A stretch of DNA of 63,174 nt, the filler included, from Choristocarpus tenellus KU-1152 (Eukaryota > Protista > Phaeophyceae): NCBI GenBank assembly GCA_964200185.2. It is 13 parts of 13 records of this genome, joined end to end, with 100 filler letters (N's around TTAATTAATTAA, not from the genome) between each part and the next. Parts side by side here need not be neighbours in the genome. Positions count along the whole stretch, not along the records: positions 21,526 to 26,283 come from CAXNAD020013169.1; positions 26,384 to 29,144 come from CAXNAD020024975.1; positions 29,245 to 37,775 come from CAXNAD020004616.1; 10 more parts are not named here. One strand, given 5' to 3'. Position 1 is the first letter of the stretch. Every line of letters begins with the position of its first letter. Both the position numbers and the translations under genes were made by a program. Below the pieces are notes generated by a model. That model made no database searches. It was not told the DNA's origin and was given only the letters and a program-made list of their open reading frames with translations. This document shows, in pieces, positions 24,701 to 37,300 of the stretch.

Positions 24701-26188
24701 CCCCATTGATCAGGCCCTGGCACAGGCGGGGATGACCCTTGCAGACATACAGGCGGTGGAGGTCATTGGTGGGGGCTCCCGTATCCCTAAGGTAGGTTTT
24801 TGTGTGTGTGCGTGATTGTGTTGGGCTGTTGGGCTGTTTTTGAAAGATGTGGTCTGATGTGTCCTCTCACCCTCAGTAATTTGACTGAAGAATTATTATT
24901 TTTGTTGATGGTACTTGGGTATACCTTACACCGTCAGAGTGGTTAGATTTGTATCGTAGTGCTATCCCAACCCCATAATAGAGTCACCAGAAATCGGCAT
25001 TTAGAATGAAACGTTGATGGAAGTCAGCTCGCAAAAGAGAACCTTTTCTTCTTGTTGGTAGATTGTATCACATTGTGCCAGGTTTTATGTATAGAGGCCT
25101 ATTTTCGGGCGGGCCAGTTAATTTGCAAATTTCCTGCTTTCTGCCAACTCCAAAATTGTGAGTTGGAGTGGTATGGCGTAGTGCATTTTTACACATACAT
25201 GTTCACACTATTTTTTCTTATTCATGCCAAATTGCCTACTAAACGGAAACCCTATTTATATCACTGAATGAGTATTTTTGGTGCAGAGAGAGGAGGGTAA
25301 TAATTGTTATTACTACTACTATTGTATTATATTTTTTTAGTGGGAAGGAGTCAACTGTTTTCGTACACTGCTCATCCCTCGATATACACATACACACATA
25401 TGTAGTAGTAGTATAGTATAGTATCACACCTATGTACCCCTTTTGCTGTGAATTAATAGTGATAGTGATGTAGTTCTGTGTGTTCTCAATTGCTGTTCTA
25501 TTCTTTAAGCACAAGTACATAGTAATATTATTGTATGCATTATGTATGCGTGTGCTTTTTTTAATTGTGATATTTTGGGCCTACACAAAGTAATGTAGAG
25601 TACATGTGATAATAGTGATGATACTAGGTTGCACCAAGTACAGTTGTTTGGCAGTGGGTGTGGTCCTTGATGATGATGATTACAGTGTCTGGTATACTGT
25701 GAAGATGTCTGTGAACATTTAGCTACTCCTGGTCCCATTTGTACTGGCAGATAGTTTCGACAATGATTTTAACAGTGGATCAATCGATTTTAACAGCCTA
25801 TCAATCGATTTTAATGGTGCACCAATCGATTTAACAGTGTATCAATCAATTCCGTTGATAAAGTCAGTGCTTGTGATGGAGAGTTTGAAACACTCACTCT
25901 ATACATTTTTGTATTCTAACAATCCATATTTCTATGTTTCAAACTTTTTCTGTGTTGGCTAGTGTGTATCACAAAAATCGCCCCATAATATCATTTTTTG
26001 TGTTACAGTATTAAAATTAGTATGATAGTTAATAAAAAATACAGGGGTTTGATTTTAAACATTTCATTGTTCTGGTGAAACTGCTGCCCCATCCCCCAGG
26101 TACAGGAAAAGCTTGTTGAGTACTTCTCTACTGGGGTAGACATGCCGCTTGCGCTTGGAGCTCACCTCAATGGTGATGAGGCACCCTG
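21748..26188 (+). CDS. HYOU1: ER Hsp70-family nucleotide exchange factor HYOU1/Grp170/Lhs1, internal exons
   Basis: Phase-0 GT-AG exons 21748-21978 (VKDTVITVP..ERNALLDAADLAGL..LMDENTAAAL..FYNMGANSLQ), 22988-23155 (WDSALGGWWFD), 23474-23539 (DVREFLRPMAKL), 24564-24791 (VKKVLSTN..SLHDDIDF..VEVIGGGSRIPK) and 26100-~26188 (VQEKL..HLNGDEA). FYNMG, WD..LGG and LN.DEA point to the Grp170 subfamily. Confidence 0.9.
25765..25848 (+). repeat. ~21-bp minisatellite (GATTTTAACAGTG.ATCAATC) x4, intronic
   Basis: Four diverged tandem units. Confidence 0.8.
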
Positions 26189-26504
26189 GTGAGAGAAAAA
26201 AAGAGAATGTGTGCAGCCCAGGATGCTCCCTCCCCCCCCCCCCCCCCCCCCATCCCCACCCCCCCGTTATCGCTATTGAGCGTNNNNNNNNNNNNNNNNN
26301 NNNNNNNNNNNNNNNNNNNNNNNNNNNTTAATTAATTAANNNNNNNNNNNNNNNNNNNNNNNNNNNNNNNNNNNNNNNNNNNNCCTACCCCCCCAGGAGT
26401 GGTAGGGTAGGTTGTTTTTTCACCCAATGTTGCTGTTCTTGTGTGTGTGTATGTGGGGGGGGGGGGGGGGGGGGGGGGGGTTGGGGTTTTTGTTTTGTTT
26501 GTTT

Positions 26505-26552
<48 letters not shown>

Positions 26553-27452
26553 GTCGGGTTGGTTTGGTTTTGGGTTTTGTTTTTTTGTGTGTGTGGGGGG
26601 GGGACTGCTGGGCTAGGTAGGGATTGAGGCGCGTCTTGACATTTGTAGGGTTAGGGTTGTTACGCAAGGAAGGACTGTTTTACTGATCCGTATGGCTCTG
26701 AGTTTTGAATCTTGTTGCGGTGTTCTGAATCTTGTTGCAAAGACTTGAATTTTTTTTGTTGCAAAGTTTTGAATCTTGTTGGGGAGGAGTAATACTAGGC
26801 ATAACAGCGGAAGGGGGGAAAGGGCACCATATATATATATATATATGTATGTTGTGAAATGAGTCTATTTTGGTGCGTAGAGATTGTGGGTAGGGTTAGG
26901 GCTATAGATTTGTGTGTGTGTGAGGTGAGGGGGTGTGGTACATTATTGTGGAGGTTTGGTAGGAGTTTCTTTTATGTTCTATATTGCACTGGCTTGATCA
27001 CTCTGATCCCTTACTCCAGAGTACAGGTTTCAAAAAATGATACTCCTACTCGCTCTCCACCTCCCACCTACCCCCCCCCCCCCCCCCCCCCCCCCCCTCC
27101 TCCCCCCCCCTCCCCCCCCGCCCATCCATGTTATAGATCTAAAAACATGTGGGCACACACACACACACACACACATGCACACACACACCATTAGACACGT
27201 ATGTATATACCTGATTGGGTGCGCCTATCATGATGCATGCGTTCTTGCATACACAGAACACCCCTACAATATCTGTATCGATGCCCTATCGGCTGCTAGT
27301 TATATATATCTATATCCATATCCATATCTATATATCTCTCTCTATATATATAGATATATATAGATATATACATTTGTTTCTTATTTTCTTATCGTTATTC
27401 TTATCGTTATTCTTATTGTTATTATTATTGTTATTATTATTGTCTGTGCAAG

Positions 27453-27611
27453 GTTCCTTCTGAGCACGGTACATCTTGTGGGCATTGGTCCGACGGACAT
27501 AGTGGATGGAAATGTGACACTCACGCTGGGGATGATTTGGTCCCTCATTGTGTTCTTCATGTCTCAGGACTTGGGGGATTCGGGGGAGGGCTTGGCTTCG
27601 CTGAAGAAGAG
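27453..27611 (+). CDS. Exon of a calponin-homology actin-binding-domain protein (alpha-actinin/filamin/spectrin type CH1)
   Basis: AG/GT-bounded exon encodes FLLSTVHLVGIGPTDIVDGNVTLTLGMIWSLIVFF, matching the CH1 signature L..IG..DIVDGN..L.LG.IW.LI. Not in the ORF track frame. Confidence 0.88.
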
Positions 27612-27901
27612 GTACTGCTGTTTGAGTTTGGCAGTCGGTGCGCTAATGTGTACGTAGTGTGTATTGGTGGTTTGTGTGTGGGGGGGGGTCTATGGGATCA
27701 GGATTGGAAGTGCTTAAGGGCGGCTAGGTGGGGTGGGTGGGGGTGTTAGGGGTTGGGAGTTCATTCCTTTTTTTTTTTTTTTAATTAAGGGGAGGAGGGT
27801 GTTGCGTGTGTAGAAAAGGTTTTTAATTCAAGTTTTTAATAAATAAATAAAATTATAGTTTTTAAATTGAGAGTGTTGTGGTGGAGTCAGGATCAGTTTT
27901 T

Positions 27902-27936
<35 letters not shown>

Positions 27937-28243
27937 GGTGTTGATGGAAGACGTATTGCGGTCAAGTTAGGGTTAGGGTTAAGAAAAAAATAAGTGTTGG
28001 ATTAAGGGTGTGTAATAGTCAAGCTTGGGTTGAGATTTTTATTGTTAGTGGAGAGTGGTATAGTGAAGCTAGTTAGGTTTAGGGTTCAATTTTTTTTTTC
28101 CTGTTTGTGTGCTTTACTGTCAACCTAGGGTCGATACATTTTTTTATTGGTTGATTAAGTAAAAGTGTTATACAGTGAAGTTAGGGTTAGGGTTACATTT
28201 TTCTCTTGTTCTTTGTACTATAGCTGAGAGCGTTCCGGTCAAT

Positions 28244-28283
28244 TTAGGGTTAGGGTTAGGGTTAGGGTTAAGGTTAGGGTTAG
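28244..28283 (+). repeat. Interstitial (TTAGGG)n
   Basis: About 6.5 units with one variant; shorter runs nearby (27967, 28181) and CCCTAA runs at 58241-58261 and ~59085-59110. Confidence 0.85.
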
Positions 28284-28444
28284 TCGCAATTGACATTTTT
28301 TTTTTTTGATATGGTGGTGGGTTGTGCTTCACTCGAGTTCAACTTTTTTACGAGTGAGTGGGTTTTGAAGTTATCTTATGTATCTTATGTATCTTATGTA
28401 TCTTATGCTGTTAGTTGGAACGAAACCTGCCTGGGGTGGCTGGT

Positions 28445-28891
28445 GCTCGTAGATCCTCTATTATTTTTATTTTTTAATGACAGAAAAATGTGCAGTAGTA
28501 GTGTAGTATTACTGTTGTTATTTTGTCTTTTTGTGTGCGTAGGTCCTCTTTTTATTTTTATTTTTATTTTTGATGACAGAAGAAGGTAAAGTAGTAGTGT
28601 AGTACTTTACTGTTATTCTCTTTTTGTTTATGTAGGTCCTTTTCATTTTTATTTTAATGATAGAAAAAGGTACAGCGATAGTACAGTATTATAACTATTG
28701 TTAATGTCTTTTTGTGTGCGTAGGTCCTTTTCATTTTTATTTTAATGACAGAAAAAGGTAGAGTAATAGTATAATATTATAAGTGTTGTTTTTGTCTTTT
28801 TGTGTATATAGGTCCTTTTTGTTTTGATTTTAATGACAGAAAAAGGTACAGTAGTAGTGTATTATTACCACTGTTGCTATTGTATCTTTTT
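28445..28891 (+). repeat. ~90-bp AT-rich tandem repeat x5
   Basis: TAG(G/A)TCCT...TTTTAATGACAGAAAAAGGTA...TAGT recurs at ~28449, 28539, 28632, 28720 and 28809. Confidence 0.88.
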
Positions 28892-29880
28892 GAGGTGAAG
28901 TTGTTGGTTGATGGAGGTTGGTGTACAACTACTACGGCGGAGTAGGGTGTGTGGTACTGACACTAGTACTGCTTGTGTTGGTGAGTGTGTCTATATCTTT
29001 TTTTTAGTTTGTAGAGAAACAGTTAACATGGATACAGGTTACGTGTATATTTTTCCTGCCTCCCTTTCTCTCCTCCAAACCCCTTTCCAGCATCTTAGGG
29101 TGTTAGGGCTGAACCACTTGATGAGATATCCTTCCCCCCCTCTGNNNNNNNNNNNNNNNNNNNNNNNNNNNNNNNNNNNNNNNNNNNNTTAATTAATTAA
29201 NNNNNNNNNNNNNNNNNNNNNNNNNNNNNNNNNNNNNNNNNNNNCCCCCCCCCCCCTCCACTCCCCAAAAAAAAACCCCCCCCCCCCCCCCCCCCCCCAA
29301 CACTTAGAACGCAAGATGAAAGTGACGCTGACTCTCCTGCCTCCCCTCCACCCTGCCACCACAAGATCCAATTTCAAAAGCATCTTTTCTACCTACTATT
29401 CACACTCTTGGATCAAACCCGAACATCCTACATCTCGATATCTCCGACATCAGGCGTGTTTGTTTTCTTAGTCTACTCACAACTTACACCCAAAGAGCAA
29501 CCCCCCCCAAAAGGGCAAGACCTCCTCCTGTATCCGGACAAAAATTTCCATAAAAACGCGGAACACACACACACACACACACACATATAGCTGTCCACAA
29601 ATAAAAAAATACATGGGAAGCGCGACTATTTTACATCCAATGAAAATAAAAGAAGCTAAAACAAACATCTACTACAAATGCAATACACACACACGGGTAC
29701 ACACTCACTACGTACAGCATCGAGAACAACAACTACCGCCATCGCAATACACAAGCAAAACCGCAATGAACTCAACAAGTAAAGTCGCACAAGGGATGCA
29801 TGAAGCAACCGCTGCCACCACCCCAACTACCAGCGACTCCTGCTGTTGAAACCTCACTGCTCTCTCAACGCCCCTCTCAC

Positions 29881-32800
29881 TTGATCAGAGGTATAGACCA
29901 CTCCGACAGGTGCGGCCACTTTGAAAGGTAGATCTCCATCGAACGCCAAACAGCAGATACTTCCTTGGTGCTTGTGGCATAGTTCTGGAGGCGTTGGCCA
30001 ACGGAGCGGATGCGTACCTCCGGCAGCCCGAAGCAGAGAGCATCCAGTATCTCCTCTTGTGCCTGTATTTTATTCGCTGTTGTTCAACATCAATTTGATA
30101 ATAATAAAAATAATAATAATAATAGTATTTTATTTTTATGCCCTCCAACATTTTGCAAATGTGTTGGGGGAAAAATCAAAGAAAACCATTTTAAATGTTA
30201 GAATAACCCCTGAACAAGTAGCCAGTAGTATTAAAAGACAATATCTATCAACATCTGCTACCGCTATTTTTTAATAGACGCAAAACCTGCGGATATCTAT
30301 CTGTAACTTGCGATTGCTATACCGTCCCCGTTCCCCCTTATTGTCTCACTTGTAGTCGTTGATAGTGTGTATTCATTTTCGTACTGTTCCTTACCGCGTG
30401 AAAAAAATACTGAGGTCAAAGGGGTGCGAACTCACGAATTGATGCAGGGAAAGCAGCAAAATGGTTTAATTCTGTCACAGATTTGCATGAAAAAATGCAT
30501 GTGATCGAAGGGGTTCGAACTCAAGAAATACATACGGGTAAAAAGAATCCCCAAAATGGTTTCTACCACTAGGACTGTTCTCCCTCAACTACAAATATAC
30601 ATCCACGCCAATCTCGTCTAGAGGTCCTCCACATTCGCGAATCAGAAAAAGAAATTCGAACGGCGTGGTCCATCCCGCCCTCAAAAAAGATCGCCCATGC
30701 TTGACTTCAAATCACTTCGCTCTGCTCTACAAAAAACTGCTAAACAAATATTTATGAAAAACAAAAAAGGGGCCGTAACCATGAAACTGTATCTTTATTT
30801 TGAACCGAAAATGTTCGGCAAAGTAGACATTAAAATAAGCTCACAAGCAGCCTCCACAAACTGCAAAAACTATACTACTACGATTTCCATAATAATGACA
30901 CCGTGAGCACAGGGCAACAAGGCGTGTGCAATGCGAAGATGACCCAAGCGTCAAACAACCAACTTTTACCAGGGCCTGCAGCAGGGTGGGCGCGCAATCA
31001 CATAAAAGAAAGAAATCAGCCAAATGGAACCATTCAATGCCAACGCCAGACACTATTTTTTGTCAGTTCTACGATCGAACCAGTATGCAATTTGCAGCGG
31101 TGATTATGGTAATAATAGGCAGGGAAAAAGAAAAAAAAGAAAGGTAACACTTGAGGAGAGTAGCCCCTACAGGGCGTTCGTTCCCTTTAACCACTCTTGT
31201 CTGCAAGTACTGCGTCAGTTGAGCCAAATAATTTTAATGCCCACAAACGGTAGTTGATGCTGGATACGCCACTATCCTCCCGAAAAAACCTTTGCCAATT
31301 GAAAAAAATTGTGTTGATGTATCCTACGCATGTGAGAGTTTTGTGTACATGTTAGTTCACACTATGCATATGCACTATGTCATGATTCAGTTCCCTCCCT
31401 GCACACTGACGATCTGTAGGAGGTCATCACCGCAAACTTGAAAGTACTGTTAATATATATATATGCATGGTCTTTCTGCATGACCACACGGCCTTCCAAA
31501 TTTTGCAAACCCTCATATACACCATACATTGGCTCCCTCCTGTCCCCTTCTGAATACACACCCCACATCCAACAAAACAATCCACCCTGGCCAAGGGGCA
31601 AGACACACCCAGGATGAGACCAAAGGGAGATGGTATTCTGGTCGTTGGTATGCTAAGAAAATTGCACAAGAAATCATAGGACAATAAATGGGTGTACACC
31701 TTCTAACAACATGGTTTAGTATATATTTTTCTCAGATTCCGTCAAGTGCATTAGCTGCTGTGAATGCATGTGCTATGGGTATTACCTACTCAGAGGTATA
31801 CATTTAAAGTACACGAGGATGAGATGGGAATGGGTTTTCAGCGTTGTACTTGATACACATTTCTGTCAAAATGCTACACGATTGCCGTAACCATTAAAAA
31901 ATAATATATATTATTAGTAGTAGTAGTATTTTTTTTCATCACATAAACAAAAAGGTCAGCAAAGACCATGCAAGGCAAACTTCTTCTTTGGTTAGTGAAT
32001 TAGGCAAAGATAAAAGCCTCTGCAATCATTATCACAGGAACCCTAACCCTAAACCAAACCCACCGGGCTGTTGCCTAACACAATTCACTTAGCCCTAACC
32101 CTGCCCTGTGGAATCTACGTAAAAAATATTGCTAGAGGCCAACTCTACTGCGTTGCTTGGTTGGATTACAAAATGAATAACAACATGTAGCACCACGAAA
32201 AATATCAACCCAAGGATATGTTTGTGTGTGCGTAAATATCCAAAATGATGATGTATTGCAGAGCGGGAGAGGGACACTTTCAACTACTCTTCAGTAATCC
32301 CTGCATCTAAAAACACAATTCAGAGTACCTGAAAAGGGGTGTGTGATCGTCCACCCTCAAAGGAGGCAATCTTTCCCCACTAAGACACAACAAAAAGTGG
32401 TCAGTCATAGTCAAAGATGGCAAATAAACTGCCATGCAAATCTCACACGACAATTCCAACCAGTCATCGTATTTCACTATGAACAAAAACGCCAGCCTGC
32501 AACTTTATCACCTTGCCCGCAATCAGAGGATCCATCAAATTATTCATGCGCACATCTAACCTTTCATCTGCTCTATGCACCGAAACGCGTATTTACCTGC
32601 TCATTCATTCACAGGCGCGGTCGCTAACTCAACCCATTCGTACACCCACCTCAAAAGAGCTTCGTCCAGGAAAGCTCCGACTGTCTTCGCTGTCTTCCAC
32701 ATTTAGCTCTCCTCCCCTTTTGGACCGTCTCTTCTCTTGTGGAGGCTTCCTATTGCCGCTTAATCCCCCGGAGTTCCCATCGCTTCCGTGCCCTTTCTCT

Positions 32801-33555
32801 CCCCCTTTCCCATTCCTTCCCCCATCTTTTCCACCCCTGCTGCTTGGCCTATCGTCTGACGTTTTTACATCACCATAATCCCATTCATCCAAACCTTGAT
32901 CGGAAGGGGTCCTAAGCCTGGAAATGTGCGGACGATACTCGGATCTTTCTTCCCTGCTCAAGAAGCCCAAAATCTCCTCGGTCTCTTCATCTGACACCTC
33001 ATCCTGATCCATGTATGCTTCAACCTCCCACTCCTCGTCCTTGTCTTCTTCACTTTCGGCATCCCCAAGCTGTGCTTCTCCAAACGCGCCCCCTATCCTT
33101 TCCGACCTAGACCACGGGGTGTGCAGACTGGGGTCGTCCACTTCATCGCTTAACAGCAGCCCATCTTTCTCTTCCAACGCCTTACTACCTTGCCATGATA
33201 CATACGATATCGCACGAGCACCGAAATCTCCAGTACGGAGAAAACCCCAACCCTCTCGCTCCCACTCACCCCCCAATGAGGTGGTGAGTTTCAGGCCAAC
33301 ACGCTGTGAGGCGACCACCTCCTTCTGCATCCCTCGAGCAAGGGTGCACACATCGCAGGCAGTCAATGTCGACCTTATACTTCGAACCTTCCCGGACCAT
33401 TTCATACCTTGGGTTCTAGAACGGAAATTTCTTCCGGTGAAGATGCACGGTGCAGCTCTCCAAGGTGACGATTGTTGAGGTCTTGCAAACCCCACTGACA
33501 ACCTCCTCGAGCAGAGCCCACCTCTCCAGTAGGCTTGCAGTCCGCGATACACCAT
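29881..33555 (-). CDS. Unknown multi-exon protein with Arg/Ser-rich presequence-like N-terminus (possibly mitochondrial)
   Basis: The large first exon (33555-~32650) has a basic N-terminus followed by acidic and G/K-rich disordered tracts. Candidate GT-AG exons are 32379-32329 (WGKIASFEGGRSHTPFQ), 30975-30902 and 30062-29881 (AQEEILDALCFGLPEVRIRSVGQRLQNY...). Exon chain incomplete; no family recognised. Confidence 0.55.
30100..30590 (-). mobile_element. tRNA-derived SINE-like element
   Basis: Minus strand shows A-box-like GTCCTAGTGGTAG, B-box GAGTTCGAACCCC and a second B-box-like GAGTTCGCACCCC. Downstream lie a stem-loop repeat shared with position ~690 and a (TTA)n-like tail. Confidence 0.5.
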
Positions 33556-34338
33556 TGCTACGTGCCCCCCACACCTTCCCCTAGATGGTCAAGCTTAAGG
33601 TCATCACAGCAAGTTCAGAGTGTAAGGGGAAAAATAGTTGTTCAATGCCAACACAGCAGCAGGACCCAAGCGGGATCAACAAGGACTACACCATCCATTG
33701 CCCCCTGGCCTGCCACCAAGTTGGTCAGGTCAGGATTTCACCCCAACCAGCAGCCTATGTCAATCCCTGACTTCCGATCTCACAACAACGTCTTCCTAAA
33801 CGACCCAATATAACAGCCGTAGTGGTCGAGGTATTGCTGGTTGTTACTAAGGGAGGGAAGATGGGGAGGAGTGGTGAGATGGAGTCCAAAACATAAATAT
33901 TATTTTAATTGATCGAGAAGTTAATTGAAATTTATGTTCACTGAAATCTACGAATCCATTGTGGTACTTTATGATATGCACTAAACATAAATTTTAGTCA
34001 AAGTTCATCTTTCCTAAATCTATTAGTGGTATGATTACTCCACCAACATCGGTTTGTTGCATTTGAAATGTTTAACTCTTGTCGTATGTTTGTCCATTTT
34101 ACATTTTTGTTGGTGCTGCAATTAGAAAAACGAAAGGAATGGTTTTTGGCGACCAGCATTCTTTTTGGGGACATCACTGTACAATCACTACCAGCATCAG
34201 TAGACACTATTGTACGTATCTATTGTTAATAGTGTGGTTTTGTTGTGCGGTTGTCTCTCGATTGCTTTTCGAACACGCGATTTCCATCTTTGTCAACCTG
34301 TAAAGGTCCTTTCTGTGCCCGACCAGGTGAACTGAACC

Positions 34339-35323
34339 ATGTCCAGTGGTGGCGTTCTACCACGGAAGGAGGCAGGCACAGCATGCTTGCCCCTATTGGT
34401 TTCCTTACTGCTCTCAGTTCTGATCTTTGTTCGATTGTTTCTATGTTGGTTGTACAGTTTTGATACGGTCACGATAGCAGTATCCACACCAGACTTGTTG
34501 CATGATAATCGAAGAGTGGTGTTAGAACAGGGAGCACCACAAAGCGTGGCAGGGTCAAGAGCACTCTTGTCGCGACACAGGGGGGAAGGATGGGTGGCGA
34601 AGACGGTATTTAGCGACACAACTCGGGTGGTCTTCATTGCAGGACTAGAAGGCGGTGGCGGTCATCGCTACTTCGCAGCAGCGATGAAGAAGTGCAGGGA
34701 AGATGATATCTGTCGTACAGCGTGTAATATATCCCACGCTTTCTTTCCCAAGCTCGTGAGAGCAACCACTCTGCAGGTGTGGAGTTGCCCTGCACTTTTG
34801 TAGGATACGTTTTTTTTTGGGGGGGGAGGCGTACCCAAGTGCGTAGGAGAATGTGGCCCTTTACCTCTCTGCCACAAAGTGTAGCTTTAACAAGACCACG
34901 AGCCTGACTTTGCTGCTCTCCCAGTCATGGGTCAAATGTACCCTGTCTGTCATTTCTAATCCGATCATATTAAATCACCCTCACAGCTTCGACCCAATCT
35001 GGAGTCTATCGGTACATACAAGACCAGACTTCATCTTCAAATTCAGCTTATCAATCGAAACGTCACTACCTTTTAGATGTGTCCGATTTCCCAGTCTTCT
35101 TCCTTTTCAGTCCACTAAATTCAGGACACCCCCGATCGGCGATCCAACAGGAGTACGAGGAAGCACTGGTGGGTGCAGAGACGGCATTTGCTGAGCTCAA
35201 GGCAATAGAACGGGAAATTGTGCGGGAAGGGCAAAGAGAAGATGAGAGTGGGACCGCCATGATGATAGCGCTTAATTGCTTACCTGGATGCGGTACTGGG
35301 CCAGTTGGGTTTCCCGCAGGAAG
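34339..35323 (+). CDS. Type II membrane sulfotransferase-like (P-loop) protein, first two exons
   Basis: Exon 34339-34776 has an N-terminal TM anchor and RVVFIAGLEGGGGHRY (cf. the F.AGLEGTGHH PAPS-binding-loop-like motif of algal sulfotransferase-like proteins). Exon 35151-35323 is in phase. No further exon found. Confidence 0.6.
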
Positions 35324-35849
35324 GTGAAGGAAATGGTGTTTCAGGAGGACGAAGTGATTTGAACCTCTATCTGTGTGTGTAGTCTGAAGGTGTATTAATT
35401 TTTAAGTAGGCGGAACTGTACAACACTTGTAATTGAACTACGAAATGGATCTTTACTTATACAGTTTATATACCACTGAATGTAGTAGCTGGAGGAAGTG
35501 TATGTAGCTGCGGTCAAGGTGCTCAAAGACTGAAAATATACGGAACCTATCCACCTCCCCCCCCCCACCCCTTACACCCCTTGCAGGACAAAAATCCTGT
35601 GGATTTTTCGGAAATAGGAATTTTCTCGCCTTTTACTAGAATTGATGAAGTACATACCTGCTTTTTTTGTGCTTGTCCACCATAATCTGCAGAGCATGCG
35701 GAGTCATTTTTGAGTGTGCATCAATGATACTATATCAATACATAAGCCATGGGCATTTTTACAGAGTATGTAATGCTTCTCGCTATTGTAGCACAAACAT
35801 CAATCCTGAGGACACTTGATAACCTGCCCTGGATGCTATGCTCTTTCTC

Positions 35850-36730
35850 CATTGTAGGATGTTAGGGCCAACTCACTCAATCTGGCCTACTCAGCACTAC
35901 ATACACCCTGTCCAATCTAGAGCACTCGTTGCCAACACTGGCCATGTCATCCGCGGTCCTTGACCTCTTCAGCCCTTTGATAGGTGGCACATCCTCCTGT
36001 TGTGCACTGCCCCTCACATCCCACCCCTGTCCCATTACCAGTGCATTCCCTTCCTAATGCCACCTCATACACAGTGTGTAAGTAAAGGGTGGCTTCTCCC
36101 CTCAGCGCTAGCAAGCCCACCATGGACCATCCCAAAATACATGACCTTGCATGAGTTACTTCGATAGGAACACTGACTGCCCCTGAGCAAGACAGATGAC
36201 ACACTGCAAGGGCAGGGTGGTGTAGGGTGATGTGGCCATTGGCTGCCTGGCTCTCTTTACCCCCAACATCACCTCTCTCCACTTCTTCTGATGAACGAAT
36301 GACCAAGAGGTGCCACTGCCCGTTGTACATGGATTGCCAGGGGATAATTCAACGCAACCACACCTATGTTCTCAGGGGAGTACTGCAGTCCAGGGCAGGG
36401 TAAGGGGGCTTCTGGCACATCTGTACCCACCCCAATTGACCCAATTTTATCCTCGGAAGTAGATGCTTGGCCTTCACCATCTTCTTCAGGCTCGTCCACG
36501 ACCTCCACTACATCCAAGGATTGAGTATCCACAGTCGGGAGGGAACATTTGGTGCCTTGTGTGTCGGTGGTGGAGTTGCTGCCAAGGTCCTTGGTCTGCG
36601 AGATATATATGTCCAAATAACCCGCTGTGCGTGATACATCTCTCTCCTTCTTGACCATCTCTCTTCTGTGGAGAATGAAGGGTTGATAGGTATGACTGTG
36701 TGGGGTTGCAGATATATACACATACCGAGA

Positions 36731-36761
<31 letters not shown>

Positions 36762-37300
36762 AAACATAGAAGTCTTTCAAAGTAAGAACTTTATAAATGT
36801 GAGATTTTCTGCAACAAGCAAGGGCTAGCTTCCAGGGCAAATTCGGCCATCTATATATACACTGAAAGAGTTTGCAACTATTGATATAGCTGTCTTGTTT
36901 CACCTCCTCCCTTGGGTTTGTGCTACAGCTCACCTGTGTGCTTGGCCTTCTGCATGATAGTCAGTCTTGCTTGACGTGGGTGGGGCCTTCACTCCACCTA
37001 AGTCTGCGCTACACTTCCACACCCAGGACCGTGGTGTATTGCGCCTTCCTATACCCTCACTAAGACACCTATTCCAAGTAGGGACTGCCCCAGAGCTTCC
37101 TGGACCGGCTGTTATATGGTGAACCCCTTGCAGGAGTTGACGAACCTATGCATTTTGTACATATGACAGGTTCAGACACGTTACGTATGTACGATGTGCT
37201 GTGTAGATGCTGTGCCCTTGTTTCAAGTACCCACCATCCAGTGCAATAGGCGAACCAGTTGCAAGTAGGAAACCTCCCCCCACGCCTCCCAAGATCTAAT
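35850..37300 (+). pseudogene. Probable decayed non-LTR retroelement fragments
   Basis: Stop-ridden segments such as LQSRAG*GASGTSVPT and LHFHTQDRGVLRLPIPSL loosely resemble post-RT regions of non-LTR elements. Confidence 0.25.

Noticed and set aside
26332-27463. Pro-rich/Gly-rich ORFs (extensin-like)
   Set aside because: They arise from G/C homopolymers and dinucleotide runs in introns, likely error-prone sequence.
28445-28891. CRISPR-like array
   Set aside because: Whole units are similar, with no unique spacers and no cas genes; a eukaryotic intronic minisatellite. The same applies to 2635-2905, 25765-25848 and 48865-49305.
30503-30590. Functional tRNA gene
   Set aside because: A/B boxes are present but no acceptor stem or anticodon arm could be folded; treated as SINE-like.
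33011-33478. 155-aa Ser-rich ORF on the plus strand
   Set aside because: Antisense shadow of the larger minus-strand exon. Likewise the plus-strand ORFs over the FNIP gene.
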